A stretch of 64,000 nt of DNA, taken from NCBI GenBank assembly GCA_030264375.1, contig JASCQW010000043.1, positions 49,283,657-49,347,656 on the forward strand, given 5' to 3'. Under the pieces are notes generated by a model. It did no database searches. It worked only from the letters and a program-made list of their open reading frames with translations, and was not told the DNA's origin. This DNA comes from Carcharhinus longimanus (Eukaryota). A program made the position numbers and the translations under genes. Positions 28,530 to 41,104 of this stretch are shown here, one piece after another (position 1 is the first letter of the stretch; each line of letters begins with the position of its first letter).

Positions 28530-28722
28530 GGGTGGGATTTTCCAGCCTCCTTGCAGTGTCTTTCCTGACAGCAACAATTGGTTGTCAATAGGATCTTCCA
28601 GTCCTACCAGATGAACTTTTTGTGTGTCTTGCTGTCCCAAAAACCCACCACGGGTGGGGAAGGGAGGGTCACCTCCAGTGGGACTGGAAGGTCCCATCTG
28701 TGGGAAAGGCCAGAAAGTCGTC
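28530..28722 (-). mobile_element. ~200-bp MITE, copy 1
   Basis: Terminus 'gggtgggattttcc'; reverse complement aligns by eye with 46597-46796 and 59964-60163. Confidence 0.8.
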
Positions 28723-29019
28723 AGTGTCTGCACAGTAAAGTTAATCTGCCTGTCCGCAATTTGAAAGTAAGCACAAAAGCTTCTTTCAAGTAGCAGATCG
28801 ATATTTTACAATTTCCCATCTGTTAGCATACAGTCAGTGATCAGTTTCATTAATGTAAATTTAAAGTTTCAATCCAACTATTACAAAAATCAGGCCTGCA
28901 GTCAATGGAGCTGAAATTAGTCTTCAGACAAAGCAGCAAGCAGGCAATGACAAACAAGTAGCCAATATTAAACCGTGCTGATTGTCTTTTCCATTTAGCT
29001 GAAGATTACACTTCTGGTT

Positions 29020-29497
29020 GGTATCCACATTCTAGCCTCCATAAACCTGAGGCCATTCAAAACTCTGTTGCCTATTTTCTAACTTGCACCAAATCCTATT
29101 CACCCAGCATCCCTGTGCTCACTGGCCTACACTGCCTTCCAATTAGGCAATTACTCGATTTTAAAATTCTCACCCTTGTTTTCAAATCCGTCCATGGCAG
29201 GCTCTTCCCTATTTCTGTAATCCAGCCTATAGAACATCCCCAGTTTGAATTGTTGCACCTTTGGTGACCAAACCTTCAGCTGCCTGACCCGCTAAGTTCT
29301 GGCATTCCATACATCAATCTCTTTGTCTCTCTAATTGACTTTCCTTCTTTTAGGTCCCCTTGAAACTCCTTAACTTACCTGACCAAATATCCCCTTACGC
29401 CGCTCACTATTGTATTCTTTTTTCATAAAGTCTCTGTGAAAGTCTTTGCAATGTTTTATTCCATTAAATGCACTCTATAAATATAAATTGTTGTTGC
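29020..29497 (+). mobile_element. L2-like LINE 3' fragment
   Basis: Encodes QNSVAYFLTCTKSYSPSIPVLTGLHCLPI..LLDFKIL (L2 HITPVL..LHWLPV..RI.FK motif) and has an L2-type 3' end. Confidence 0.8.
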
Positions 29498-29569
29498 TCA
29501 TTTATATAAAACAATGGAATTGTCATGTATAAGACTGCATTTCATTTTCTCTTTCTTTCAGAACAATAA

Positions 29570-29800
29570 GACATGCAGAAAAACTATTTTTACACAGCGG
29601 CTGGTTAAGATCTAAAATGCACTTCCTAAGAGTGTGGTCAAGGTAATGGTGGTGTTCAAAAAGCACGAGTAGGAAAGATTTTCAGGGCTATGGGGAAATG
29701 GCAGTGAAGTCGGGCTAGCTGCGTTGTTCTTTCAGACAGCTGGCATGGATAGAATGGGCTGAAGGGCCTCCTCTGTGCTGTAACAATCCTAAGATTCAAT
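29570..29800 (+). mobile_element. CR1-like 3' end
   Basis: 'aaactatttttacacagcgg...atgggctgaagggcctcctctgtgctgtaac'. Confidence 0.7.
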
Positions 29801-30787
29801 GAAAACGCTCATCAGCCATAGGATTGTATGTTGGCAATTCTGTAAACACTTTCTGACTTGTCGAGTATTAAGCTGAAGAAATCAGTTGTCAGCAGGTTTT
29901 GGAAACATAAGACAAATACAAGTTGGCTCATTGATTTGCCAAAGCAGTTCATTTGGAAGTTCTTATTTATGAGAAGCTGCCTTCCTTTAATAGGTGAAAG
30001 GAGGTGACATGAGTGACAGATGACCTACGCACCCTCCAACCATGAGGCAGCAGGAGTACGACTGCTTTCAGACTTGGAACTGGACACACTTGTCATGTGT
30101 TGGAGCTGATGACACTTTTACATATACTGCTAAAGCAAAACTATAACCTCTTGTTTAGATTATTAACTTCTGTGGCAAGTCTAACGCTCCCTTCCTGATA
30201 GGTTTTCAAATGGAGTTGCTGAACTGTTAATTAACACACAGCTTGCACTCGTAACAAGCCTTTGTGGAATGTGATACTGATAGCAACTCCAGAAGGCGAT
30301 CGCAACAGGATGAGGTTACACTCCTATATCGGGAACCACGCCATCTGACAAGTCAGCCATTAACAGCAGATTGTCAATCCCACAAAATCCATCGATCAGC
30401 AGAAAGAAACTGAGGAAGACAGAATTAGATTGGGAATAGAGGGAAAAGTTGTATATAACAAGAATATATTATACATATAGATGAACATATGATGTTTGAA
30501 CATCTACATGTCTTCCATTTCATGTGCTGATCATACACATATTCTACAATCCACTATTTTATTAAGCTTCTCAGTAATTCATTTTCACCTACATTACAAT
30601 GCAAAAGGCGAAACAGGAAAGGTTAGCTTGAACAAATTAAGATTGTATGTTAATATGAATATGATTTCCTAATTTAACTCAATTTATTTGTTTAAAAAAT
30701 ATATTATTGTTCTTAAGGAACAGAGGGTAAAATAGAATCCTGCAGGTGATATTATAATTGAAAAATCAGGAAATAGTAGGCTTACTA

Positions 30788-31195
30788 AACAGAATAGCTC
30801 AGGAATAGGCCCTACGGCCCGTGATGTTGTGTCAAACATGACACCAAATTAATCTAATCCCATCTGCCTGTCCTTGGTCCATTTCCCTCTATTCCTTGAA
30901 AATTCACGTGCTCATCGAAGAGCCCCTTAAACTGTATCTGCCTGCACCACCATCCCTGGCAGCATATTTCAGACACCCACCACTCTCTATGTAAAAAACT
31001 TGCCCCTCACATCTCCTTCGTACTTTCCCTCTTTCACTTTAAGTGCGTGCTCCTAGTTTTAGACTTCTCAACTCTGAGAAATAGATTCTAACTATCAACT
31101 ATATCTATGCTTCTCATAATTTTATTGACTTCTATCGAGTCTCCCCTCAGCCTCTGCTGCTCCAGGGAAAACAACTCTAGTTTGTCCAGCCTCCC
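30788..31195 (-). mobile_element. CR1-like 3' end
   Basis: 'ggaataggccctacggccc...ctcccctcagcctctgctgctccagggaaaacaac', the reverse of the CR1 C-terminus and 3'UTR. Confidence 0.8.
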
Positions 31196-31419
31196 CTTTT
31201 TGGTTATTGTTATCTTGTGTTCTCTGTAGAAGTTACAGTGAAGGTACCAAAGACTCAACAAAACCAAAAAAAAAAATCAGGGGGAAGAATTAACATGATT
31301 CAATAAGTAAAATAAAGGTAATATAGCAAAACTAATGAGGCTAGAGATAGACAAATTAATGTTTGGTCACAATAAAATTAAGTGAGGAAATTATTTGTAT
31401 GTTATCTCCCAAAAATCTT

Positions 31420-31548
31420 TGCTTCTGAAATTGTTCCCTTGGATTGGAAACTTGCCAATGCCCCTTCATTATTTAAGGCGGTGAGGACAGACAAGTTAGG
31501 GATGATGGGCTGTCAGCCTAACGGCTGTTGTGGGGAGAATTACTTGTC
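31420..31548 (+). mobile_element. CR1 RT N-terminal fragment
   Basis: VPLDWKLANAPSLFK followed by a decayed 'VSLTAVVGRI'. Confidence 0.6.
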
Positions 31549-31569
31549 AGAAACAGAAAGAGGGAGGAG

Positions 31570-32275
31570 GGGGATTTTCTGCTCTCATTTTTGTGGGGCG
31601 GGATCAACAATGGGAGCAGAAACTCCAGATTCACTCCTGGATTGGCCAAAGATCTCCCTCTCCCATCCACACAACACCCCTGCAATCAAAGATTCTCCCT
31701 CCCCCGATCGCCACCCCAGCCGATTTCCCCCTCTCCACTCGATCGCAGAGTTTCCCCCTTCCCGCCCCCTTCCCTCAACGGAGCTACCTTCCTGGCTTCC
31801 CTGTCATGGCCCCACTCCTTTCAGACTCCATCCACTCAGAATCTGCGCCCTCAGAACCCACCCCTTGGCACTACCCTGTGCCTGATGGACAGTGCCAGAG
31901 TGCCATGCTGGCAATGCCAATGTACCAGGCTGACACTGCCTAAGGAACTCTCCCTAGACCTGCCCCCAACCACCTTGGGGGTGGGGGGGGGCTTCAATGG
32001 TTCTGGTCCCTTCAGCGAGGCCATCATGTCTTGTCCCTGTTGGTGGGGATCATACGTGATCTTCATCAGCAAGGATCTTGACCAGCAAGCAGATAAGGAC
32101 AAGTGAGCAACCAGGACTCACTAATTATTTTTAAATGAGGTAATGAATATTGAATTAGGCTTTACATCCATTTTGCTGCTAAATCAATGCCGGTAACATC
32201 GCAACAGATCTCTCATCTGATCTCACCAGCTTGCCGATCGACCAGTGGTGCAAACTGGGTAAGATCACTCTCGTG
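31570..32275. mobile_element. GC-rich TIR-type element
   Basis: Starts 'ggggattttct'; C-rich interior with 'ccgatc' repeats; roughly a reverse homolog of 18135-18945; explains ORFs 31382-32106. Confidence 0.6.
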
Positions 32276-32439
32276 AGTTTCTATGGATGTATAAATAGAA
32301 AGCGGGAGGCTAAGGTAAATGTGGGACCTCAACTGAATTGTGCGGGTGAATTGATAACAGCAAACAACGAAATGAAGGATACATAAATGTTTTCCTTCAT
32401 TCAATGGAAAACATTGGCAAATATCCCCAAGATATCAGA

Positions 32440-34270
32440 TAGGCTGATTTTAAATAACATGGCAGAACATACAAAAATCCCAATCACAAGGGATAGAGTA
32501 TTATTAGAGAAACTCATGAGGCAAAAAGAGAACTGGTTGCTAGGACCCAATAAACTGCACGCTAGGGTTTTAATGGAAGTGGTTGCATTTGTTGAAATTT
32601 TTCATAACACACTAAATTCTGGAAGTTATCAGAAGATTGGGAAACAGCCAATGTGACTCACTTGTTCAAAAAGGGAGAAAGGCAGAAAGCTGGGAATTAT
32701 AGGCCAGTTAGTTTAACATCTATTAGATGCTGGAGTCAATAATTAAAGAGGAAATAGCTAGAAAGCTGAACATAATCAAGCCTAGCAAACATGGTTTCAT
32801 GAAAGGTAAATCGTGTTTGACAAATTTGCTTGAATTCTTTGAGGATGTAACAAGGAGAGTAAAGAGGGGAACCTGTTAAATGTAGTGTATTTAAATTTCT
32901 AAAAGGCATTTGTCAAGGTGCCGCATAAGAGGCATAAGGTAAACGTCCATGGAATTGAAGGAAGTGTGCTAACATGGATTGAAAACTGGCAGTCAAATAG
33001 AACAGTAAGAAGTCTTAGAACACCAGGTTAAAGTCCAACAGGTTTATTTGGTAGCACAATCCACAAGATTTCAGAGCACTGCCCCTTCATCAAATGAGGC
33101 ACCTGACTCACCTGATGANNNNNNNNNNNNNNNNNNNNNNNNNNNNNNNNNNNNNNNNNNNNNNNNNNNNNNNNNNNNNNNNNNNNNNNNNNNNNNNNNN
33201 NNNNNNNNNNNNNNNNNNNNNNNNNNNNNNNNNNNNNNNNNNNNNNNNNNNNNNNNNNNNNNNNNNNNNNNNNNNNNNNNNNNNNNNNNNNNNNNNNNNN
33301 NNNNNNNNNNNNNNNNNNNNNNNNNNNNNNNNNNNNNNNNNNNNNNNNNNNNNNNNNNNNNNNNNNNNNNNNNNNNNNNNNNNNNNNNNNNNNNNNNNNN
33401 NNNNNNNNNNNNNNNNNNNNNNNNNNNNNNNNNNNNNNNNNNNNNNNNNNNNNNNNNNNNNNNNNNNNNNNNNNNNNNNNNNNNNNNNNNNNNNNNNNNN
33501 NNNNNNNNNNNNNNNNNNNNNNNNNNNNNNNNNNNNNNNNNNNNNNNNNNNNNNNNNNNNNNNNNNNNNNNNNNNNNNNNNNNNNNNNNNNNNNNNNNNN
33601 NNNNNNNNNNTTGGAGTCCGACAATTCATTGAGAAGGCAAACAGCTTTTTGGCCATTATTGCAAAGTGTTGGAGTTTAAAAATAGGAAGGTTTTATTGCA
33701 ATTGTACAGGGTGTTGGTAAGGCCTCATCTGGAACATTGCATACAGGTTTGATCCCCTACCTAAACAAGGATAACATTGAAGGCAGTCCAAAGGAGATTT
33801 ACCAGACTAATTCCTGCAAGGAAAGGATTGTCCTATAAAAAGAGACTAAAGAGTCTGGGTCTGTATTCCTTGGAGTTTAGGAGAGTGAAAGATGACTTTA
33901 TTCAAACAAACAAGATTCTGAGGAGGCTTGACAGTGTAGATGGTGAGATGTTTTCATTAATGGGAGAGTCTTGAACAAGGGGATATAGCTACAAAGTAAA
34001 GAGCCGATCATTTAAAACTGTGGTGTGCAGAAATTTCTTCTCGCAAAGGGTGGTGAGTCTCTGGTATTCTCGGCCCCAAAGGATGGTGGAGACTAGATCA
34101 TTAGAACTATTCATAGTGGAGTTGGATAAATATTTGATAGAAATAGAGGCCTATGGAGAAATGGCACAGAAAAGGAGCTGAGGCAAACACTGATCAGCCA
34201 TGATCGTATTGAATGGCGGGGCAAGCTTAAATTGCTGGGTGGCCTATTCCTACTTCTTTCTCTTGTCTTC
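32440..34270 (+). mobile_element. CR1/HER1 LINE, degenerate ORF2, interrupted by a Penelope-like insert and a gap
   Basis: EDWETANVTHLFKKGERQKAGNYRPVSLTS, HGFMKGKSCLTNLLEFFEDVT, VQRRFTRLIP...LGLYSLEFRR; 3' tail 'attgaatggcggggcaagc'. Confidence 0.9.
33004..33118. mobile_element. Penelope-like short palindromic element
   Basis: 'agtaagaagtcttagaacaccaggttaaagtccaacaggtttatt...ccttcatcaaatgag...ctcacctgatga', with the inverted arm running into the gap. Confidence 0.65.
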
Positions 34271-34429
34271 TAATCAATGAGATTTCAAGCACGAAATCTG
34301 GTGCAGGATGCTGCCATTCTGGACAGCAGGAAAAGTGCCATCAGAGCCATTTCCCACTGCACTTAATCTCAAAATGAGCTTTTTGCTGTATTTATAAATG
34401 TTTGCGTTGAAGGAACAGAGATCTGGGTA

Positions 34430-35055
34430 TCCAAGTTTCCCAATGACACCAAGTTAGCTGGCACAATAAATTGTGTAAATGGGATCAGAAATGTTGAAAG
34501 GGGTGCTTGGTAAATTAAATGATTGAACTCTAATTGCTATTGTGATGCCCAATGTGAGGTCATTTACTTTAGATCAAATAAATACAAAACAGATCATTTT
34601 CCAAAGAGCAAGGACCTCAGAACTGTGGATGAGAAGAGAGATTTGGAGGTCCAAGCATAAAAATTATTTAAAGTCATATATGTATATATAATATATATAT
34701 ATTTGCTGGAAAGCAAAGGGGTAGTACATTACAGATATGCAAAGATCTGGTTAGACCCCATCTGGAGTTCTGCACTTCAAAGCAAGGATAGGGAAGGATA
34801 AACTAGCCTTTAAGGGAATGCAACACAGATTCACCAGAATGATACAAGGATTAAAAGAAGATTTGATAGAATAAACTTGTATTTCTTGGAGTGGGAGATT
34901 ATGATGAAAGGAATTGGTAAGGTCGGCAGACAGAAACTATTTTCTTTGCTAAGGGAAAGCTGAACAAGGACATGGCCTTAAAGTTCGAGATGGGCTGTTC
35001 AATAGTGATTCCAATGAGTACTTCTTCAAAAAGGAGGTGGTGGGAATTTGGACCT
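34430..35055 (+). mobile_element. Old CR1-like fragment
   Basis: SKFPNDTKL (decayed KFADDTKL), LVRPHLEFC and QHRFTRMI motifs. Confidence 0.65.
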
Positions 35056-35066
35056 TTTGTGACCTA

Positions 35067-35348
35067 GGCCAGGATTTAATGGGCTTGTCCATCAGGCAGC
35101 AAACACCTGTGAATTATGTCTGGGGAGGCCTGACAGAATCAAGTGTGCTCCAAGCACAGGTCTTCCCCACAACTGACATCTCACTGCTGTGATGCCCAGG
35201 GGGAGATCCGCTATCAGCCTCTTCCACCTTCCTACTTAATTCGAGGAGGCCTTGTCACCGCCAGGAGACTGGTGTGGGGCCATTCCCATGATTAAGAGGG
35301 CCTGGCAGCCATGTTGCTTGCCGCAATGGGCTCCATTAAATCCAACCC
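35067..35348. mobile_element. MITE-like element (282 bp)
   Basis: Termini ggccaggatttaatgg / ccattaaatccaaccc, with an 11-bp perfect inverted core. Confidence 0.7.
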
Positions 35349-35412
35349 TAAAATATTAATTTGAGGAAGCAAACGTTAAAAAGAAACAAAGTCTACCTTT
35401 ATTGGTGGCAGG

Positions 35413-35768
35413 AGGGCAGCACAGTGGTTAGCACTGCTGCCTCACAGAGTCTGGGATGCGGGTTTGATTCCCTGCTTGGGTCACTGTCTGTGCAGAGTCA
35501 GCACGTTCTCCCTGTGTCTGCATGGGTTTCCTCCAGGTGCACCCGTTTCTTCCCACAGTCCGAACGATGTGTTGGATCAGTACACTGACCATGATAAATT
35601 CTTCAGTGTACCCAAACAGGTGTGGTGGGGACAGACTATGGAAAGGTCAGTTGACCTCAGGCGGGATTTTCTAGTCTTGGGTGAGAGCAGCAGGAAATCC
35701 GTCCATTAACTTCATTGCAGTGTTAATGTAAGCCTACTTGTGACATTAATAAATAAACTTTAAACTTA
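35413..35768 (+). mobile_element. HE1-like SINE with alternative tail and internal insertion
   Basis: Head 'gggcagcacagtggttagcactgctgcctcacag'; tail 'aacttcattgcagtgttaatgtaagcctacttgtgacattaataaataaac'. Confidence 0.9.
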
Positions 35769-35859
35769 AAAAGTTGAAGTAGAAAAGAGTTGAAAGTTCC
35801 CAGAGATCAAAATCAGTGACACTAAGATCTGAAGAATTGAAGGACCTGTCAAAACATAT

Positions 35860-36059
35860 GGGGCTGAATATTAAGAGTGAGCTCCTCCCGAAGCAATGTC
35901 AGCATGGAGCCAACCTTTTCCACCCTGGCGCCAACCTCTTCCACCCTGGCGCCAACCTTTTCCACCCTGGCATGCCCCCTCAGCTATAACTTGCTGGTGG
36001 CAGGCTACATGAGGGCCGAGTATGACTTCCGCCCATCGCTGGGTAGAAAGTTCAGCCCC
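35860..36059. mobile_element. MITE-like element (200 bp)
   Basis: Termini ggggctgaa / ttcagcccc; flanks tat / tag. Confidence 0.55.
35909..35971. repeat. 21-bp tandem repeat x3
   Basis: gccaacct(t/c)ttccaccctggc three times. Confidence 0.95.
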
Positions 36060-39000
36060 TAGGAAAATGATGACAGCTCCAAAAGTCTCAGCAGTGCCAA
36101 GCTTGCATTAGTGGGCACTGCCAGGAATGCAACTAGGAACAACAAGGAGCAATAGTACCCAGGAAAATGGTAAGTCAAGGTCTTGGTCAAGAAGGGTTTG
36201 GCAGGTTAGGAAGGGGTGGGGAGGCTATGGGGGAATGGTGAGAGGTGGTAGTGTGTTTAAAGCTGCGGGGGTAGGAGAACATGTTTCAGACAAAATGAAT
36301 ATTATCCAAGGCTATCAGTAAAATGCAACTTCATGTTTTCCATCTAATTCCTCATGAAACTTTTTTTATATATTAAATCATTAGTGTCAAAGATTGAAAA
36401 ATGGCTACATTTACCATTTTGCTCATTAAATATGAGCATGATGACAAAAACAGTCCCTTGCCTTTTATGTTATTTCCCACAGCCAAACTGAAAAACAGTT
36501 TACACAGAGAGAGGCACCAAGCTAAATCTTATCATTTACCATTTCACAGGTTTTAAAATAATATTTTCTGTCTCCTTTATCCTGGTGCCAGAATCATACA
36601 GCCAATTTTTCATCCATCTGCAATCATACTGTGGGAATTAGGGAGCCAGATTAGTAGTATAAATGCCAGAGATGTCTCATGGATACCAGTCACCTAGATC
36701 TTGCTTTATACAAGTGCCAGAACCAAAGTGATTTAAGATTTCACGAGCTCTTTTACCAGTCGCAACTGCTGACTTTCCTTCTTCCTTTACCACCATTCAC
36801 TCTCAAAAGCAGCAACCAGCTACACCATAAAACCATTGTTTTCAGCTCATTGTTGTTGCATGGACAGGTCGTAGAGTTGGTCAACTGTGGAATGTGTGCA
36901 GGTGGAACGTCTTCATTTCAAACACTGGCAAAGATTTCTCGGTTTTTTTTATGTTCCCTAGATGCATAAAATGAGAAATCACAGAGGACAGCGACTGCCC
37001 CAGTGTGATCTGGCTGTTTGGCAATGGAAACAAGGATCAGCAATGCACACAATAGGGATTTCAAGACTAATTGGGATTAATCTCCATGGATAATCTCTCT
37101 TTTTTTTGTGTACATAACATTCGTGGCACTCCTCAAAGATCAAGAAACAAAACCGGATTTTCTGATAGCAGCTGCACAAAGTGAAGAATGTTGGGAATTT
37201 ATATGGATTGCAATTTTTCAAATTTTTTAAGACAACTTTATAGCCTAACATCTTCAAGAAATTCCAGTAAACAAGTGGTGCAATAAACTGGCAATGTCAA
37301 GTTTATATTCTATAAGCTTATAGCTTATATATTCTATGGATGTGCAATGATACTGCAAGTTTATTTCACCCATGAAGTTAATTCAGTGAGGACTTGATTT
37401 ATTTCCAAAAATATATCATCGCATTACTAGGATAGTAGGAGGTCTTGTGACACAGTGATAGCGTCTCTACCTCTGGTCAGAAGATCAAGATTCAAGTCCA
37501 AAGCCAGGAGCTTGGCTACAGAAGCAGCGTTCATAACATGGTTCAATAAAATGAAAAGGATCACACATAAATCTTCAATAACTTTAAGTCTCTATTTCTT
37601 GGATCGTGGATAATTAATATGTTTTGTTCTATAGCATAAAATATTCTACTCCATAAGATACAGGAATTTGCAGCCAATCAGATTTATTACAGACAAACAA
37701 GGAGGCATGGGCGGTCCAACTATGTGCAACTCCTTGGTAAATATGAGGAATAAAAAGACATAGGTATTAATCACAAAAATATTATTTATTTTGTGGGGGC
37801 TTTCTTCAGCTTCAGTCAGGGCTAAGCTTCCGCGTCATTAACAGGGAGCAAGACTCAACTGTGACAAGTTGAAAGGCAAATTTAAATGTCAGAAATGGGA
37901 CAGTAATATAGTTTGTGGAGGACATTGTAATGGATAATCCATTATTAAATGCAAGCAGGATTACCACAGACTCAAGATGCACATAATTTGGGACATTTAC
38001 ATGTGTTCATTATAAATGGAGATTAATTTAAAATGGATAATTCAGACTTAATAAATAGAATTTACTGTACTGTCAATCAAGATAATTCTTCTCTTCCTGT
38101 GCCCCCTTTCCACCAGGTTATCTCCTGTTAACATGAAGGGACATCTGGAGCCAGAAATTTGATTCCAGGCATCAAAAGCCACATAATATTAATTACATAA
38201 TTTACAGTAATAAGGGATTATAAGTGCAATATGTCACTCCTGAGAATACAGGATGGTGTTCCTTGCTTTGAAGGTTAAATATTAAAATTGCTGCATGGTT
38301 GGAACCAAACACAAAGGGTCTCCAATTGTAGTCTGATTTTTTTGACAGCTGAGGTCAAGTACTATCAGAGGATATACTGTACATTGTACACTGCACTTGT
38401 TCTTGTTAGTTGACCATTGTTCCCTCCCACGACAGCAAGTATTCTGACAACTGACGTATAGACTGGAATCCAAGAGTACTGTGAACAATAAATGTGCATT
38501 AAGATATTCTTCTGTCCACTTCGTTTACTGAATGTTGTTAATTGTGAAATTATTGCAAATGATTTATAAATGCACTAACACTGTTAATTTCCAGATATAC
38601 ATTTTTGTTTATTCGTTTTTGTGATATGAGTGTCACTGGCAAGACTAACATTTATTGCACATCCCTTGTTTACCTAGTGTTGCCTTGAACAGACAAAAAG
38701 GACAATTAGCGAAATCTCAGGACTGACACCAATATTATCAATAAGAATCTGTTAACTGATTTGATAGTAAGGATTCCAAAGTTCCATTTCCTTCAAAAAC
38801 AGTTTTCTACACTCTACAGGCTATGTGCTCTCCATGCAAGAACATTACACATCCTCTACAAATGAAATTTCATGGACTACCTAGCTAGAGAATATAGTCA
38901 TCCAGATCAGACTGTTCACCACATTGCGAATGCATGTGACTCTGTGATCCATGAACATTTGCTGCAGGATTTAAGAAAACATACAGTGCTATGACTTGAA

Positions 39001-41104
39001 TTGGTCCAACTTGGACTTGAATATAACATCTTGCAGCTTTATAAGAAGTAGTTCACCTTTGAGAGTGATGCAAGGCCTTTTATTCTAACCCTGTGCAGCC
39101 TCTATGCTGTAATCATTTTATAAAACTGACTTGTTAAACCATTCCAGATTCAATCACATTGGTAAGGGAACTGATGTAGCACATAAGCCTGATCAGGTAG
39201 GAGCAGCAGGTTTCCTTTCTTGATGGATTCTGATGAACCAGTTAGGTTTTTATGGCAATCTCATAGCTACAGGACAATTTTTAGCGATACTAGCTTTTTA
39301 TTTCCAGGTACCTTTTAGAAGAATGAGGGCAAATGAATATTATTGAACCAACACCATACAATGGAGTTCCACTGAGGAGACATATAAATGCAAACCTATT
39401 TTTTCCTATTGTTCCTGAACAACCTGCTGTGTATCTTAAACCCTTGTGAAGTGGTAAATTACTGTTGGTGATAACAAATACTTCAAACGCTTATGCAACA
39501 TTCTTAGGTCTGCCACTTTAATGGATGATTGTAGGGTTAATTTTTTTTAAATAATTAGATCAATAGCAGCCCCCCTTTTACAATCTCAAGCAAAGGAAAT
39601 TTAAATGTTAACCCTTCATCTGCAAATAACATTCAAAAATAATTTCCAGCCTATATTTTTTTACTGTCAAAAAATGTCCTTGTATTGGAATTTAAACTTA
39701 CTGCACATCATTCATTAAAAATGAAAATGTACAGAAACATTCTTTGCAAGACGGAATTATGCCTTTTCAGTTTGTAACCTCATTAATTATTAATACCTCT
39801 CCTCACGTTTCCTTAGAGATGTTGACTACTTCAACAAATATATCATGAAGGTTGTTTCCCTGGTTACTGGACAGTAATAATGGGAATCTCCAAAGCAAAC
39901 AAACAAACTAAATAAGAATTACATAGCTCAATTCTATACATGCTCACCAACAGGACAACAGTCAACAGTTTAAACATAAAAGCACAGTTGTAAAGTAAGA
40001 ACTATGGGATCCGAATGCTTTAAATTAAGCCACACCCATCATCATTCCAACCCCACTCCCTATTATATTTCCACACCCTTGGCATTTATGGATCTGTAGT
40101 GACAAACATGCTAAAATAAAACATGTTATATATATTCTCCTTATCTCAAAAAAGCATCTACAACCAGTCTCAAAAAAAGCCTTCAGAAAACTGTCAGGTA
40201 TATTTCTGAAAGTTTCTTTGAAAAAAGGCTATATTTTAGCAGCTTGCTGATATTATATAATGGTGCTGAAATTTCCTCAGGAGTTCTACCAGTTTCCTGT
40301 TAAAGCTCCAACAAAATAATCCAGCTGAACCCTAGGGAATAGCACTTTTGGTTGATTTCAGTGGGAAACTGAAGAACCTTTATGAGATCTCAAGGCCACT
40401 TGCTTTGATGGCAAACATTAAATAAATACATCTGAATCAGCAAATCACATAAACCAACAGTTCATCTGAATAGGTTAATGTCTCAACTTTCTGCCCAATA
40501 GTAGAAGAACGTAAAATCTGATCATTGTCAATCATTCAATTCATTTTTGATTCCAATTATTACCAGTGGGGGGAGGAAAGGGACTGAGCTTTCTTGTACA
40601 AAGCCAGTATATGGATTAAAATAGTGGAATACTTAAATTACTGTAAAGGATCTGTGTGTATTCTGTACCGGCTGTGCAAACAGTCTGAAGTCAACCATTG
40701 TGTTCCAAGTCCTGCACTGACTATGATCAGCAAACTCAGCAAAGGCCAGTGATTCAATGATTCTTCAAGTATGTGGTGCGAGTCAACATGGCATTCTGCT
40801 GCAGTTAAGCACTGAGCCATCACACAAGACTTAACCCAAACAATTTCCCATACAAGATGTTACTCCTTTGCTGTGCTGTAATTCTAATAGATAAGGAGTT
40901 GCTTGAATATGTGCAGCTTGTTGCCATGGTGACAGAAGGGCGCTCATGGGCACTGAGGAGCAATGTGAGGCTTATTGATGTTTATTTTGTGCCAGCTCTG
41001 CGAGGTGAGTGAAATTTATTTTTGGCACTATTAGAAAGTGCACAGAATTAAGGTTTTAGGTCTGGTGTTTGCTTTTTGCGTGGGCAAGTGCATAACCGTG
41101 GTGG

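Noticed and set aside
31382-32106. Overlapping 137-192 aa Pro-rich ORFs
   Set aside because: Explained by a GC-rich TE fused to a CR1 fragment; open in all three frames, with no recognisable domain.
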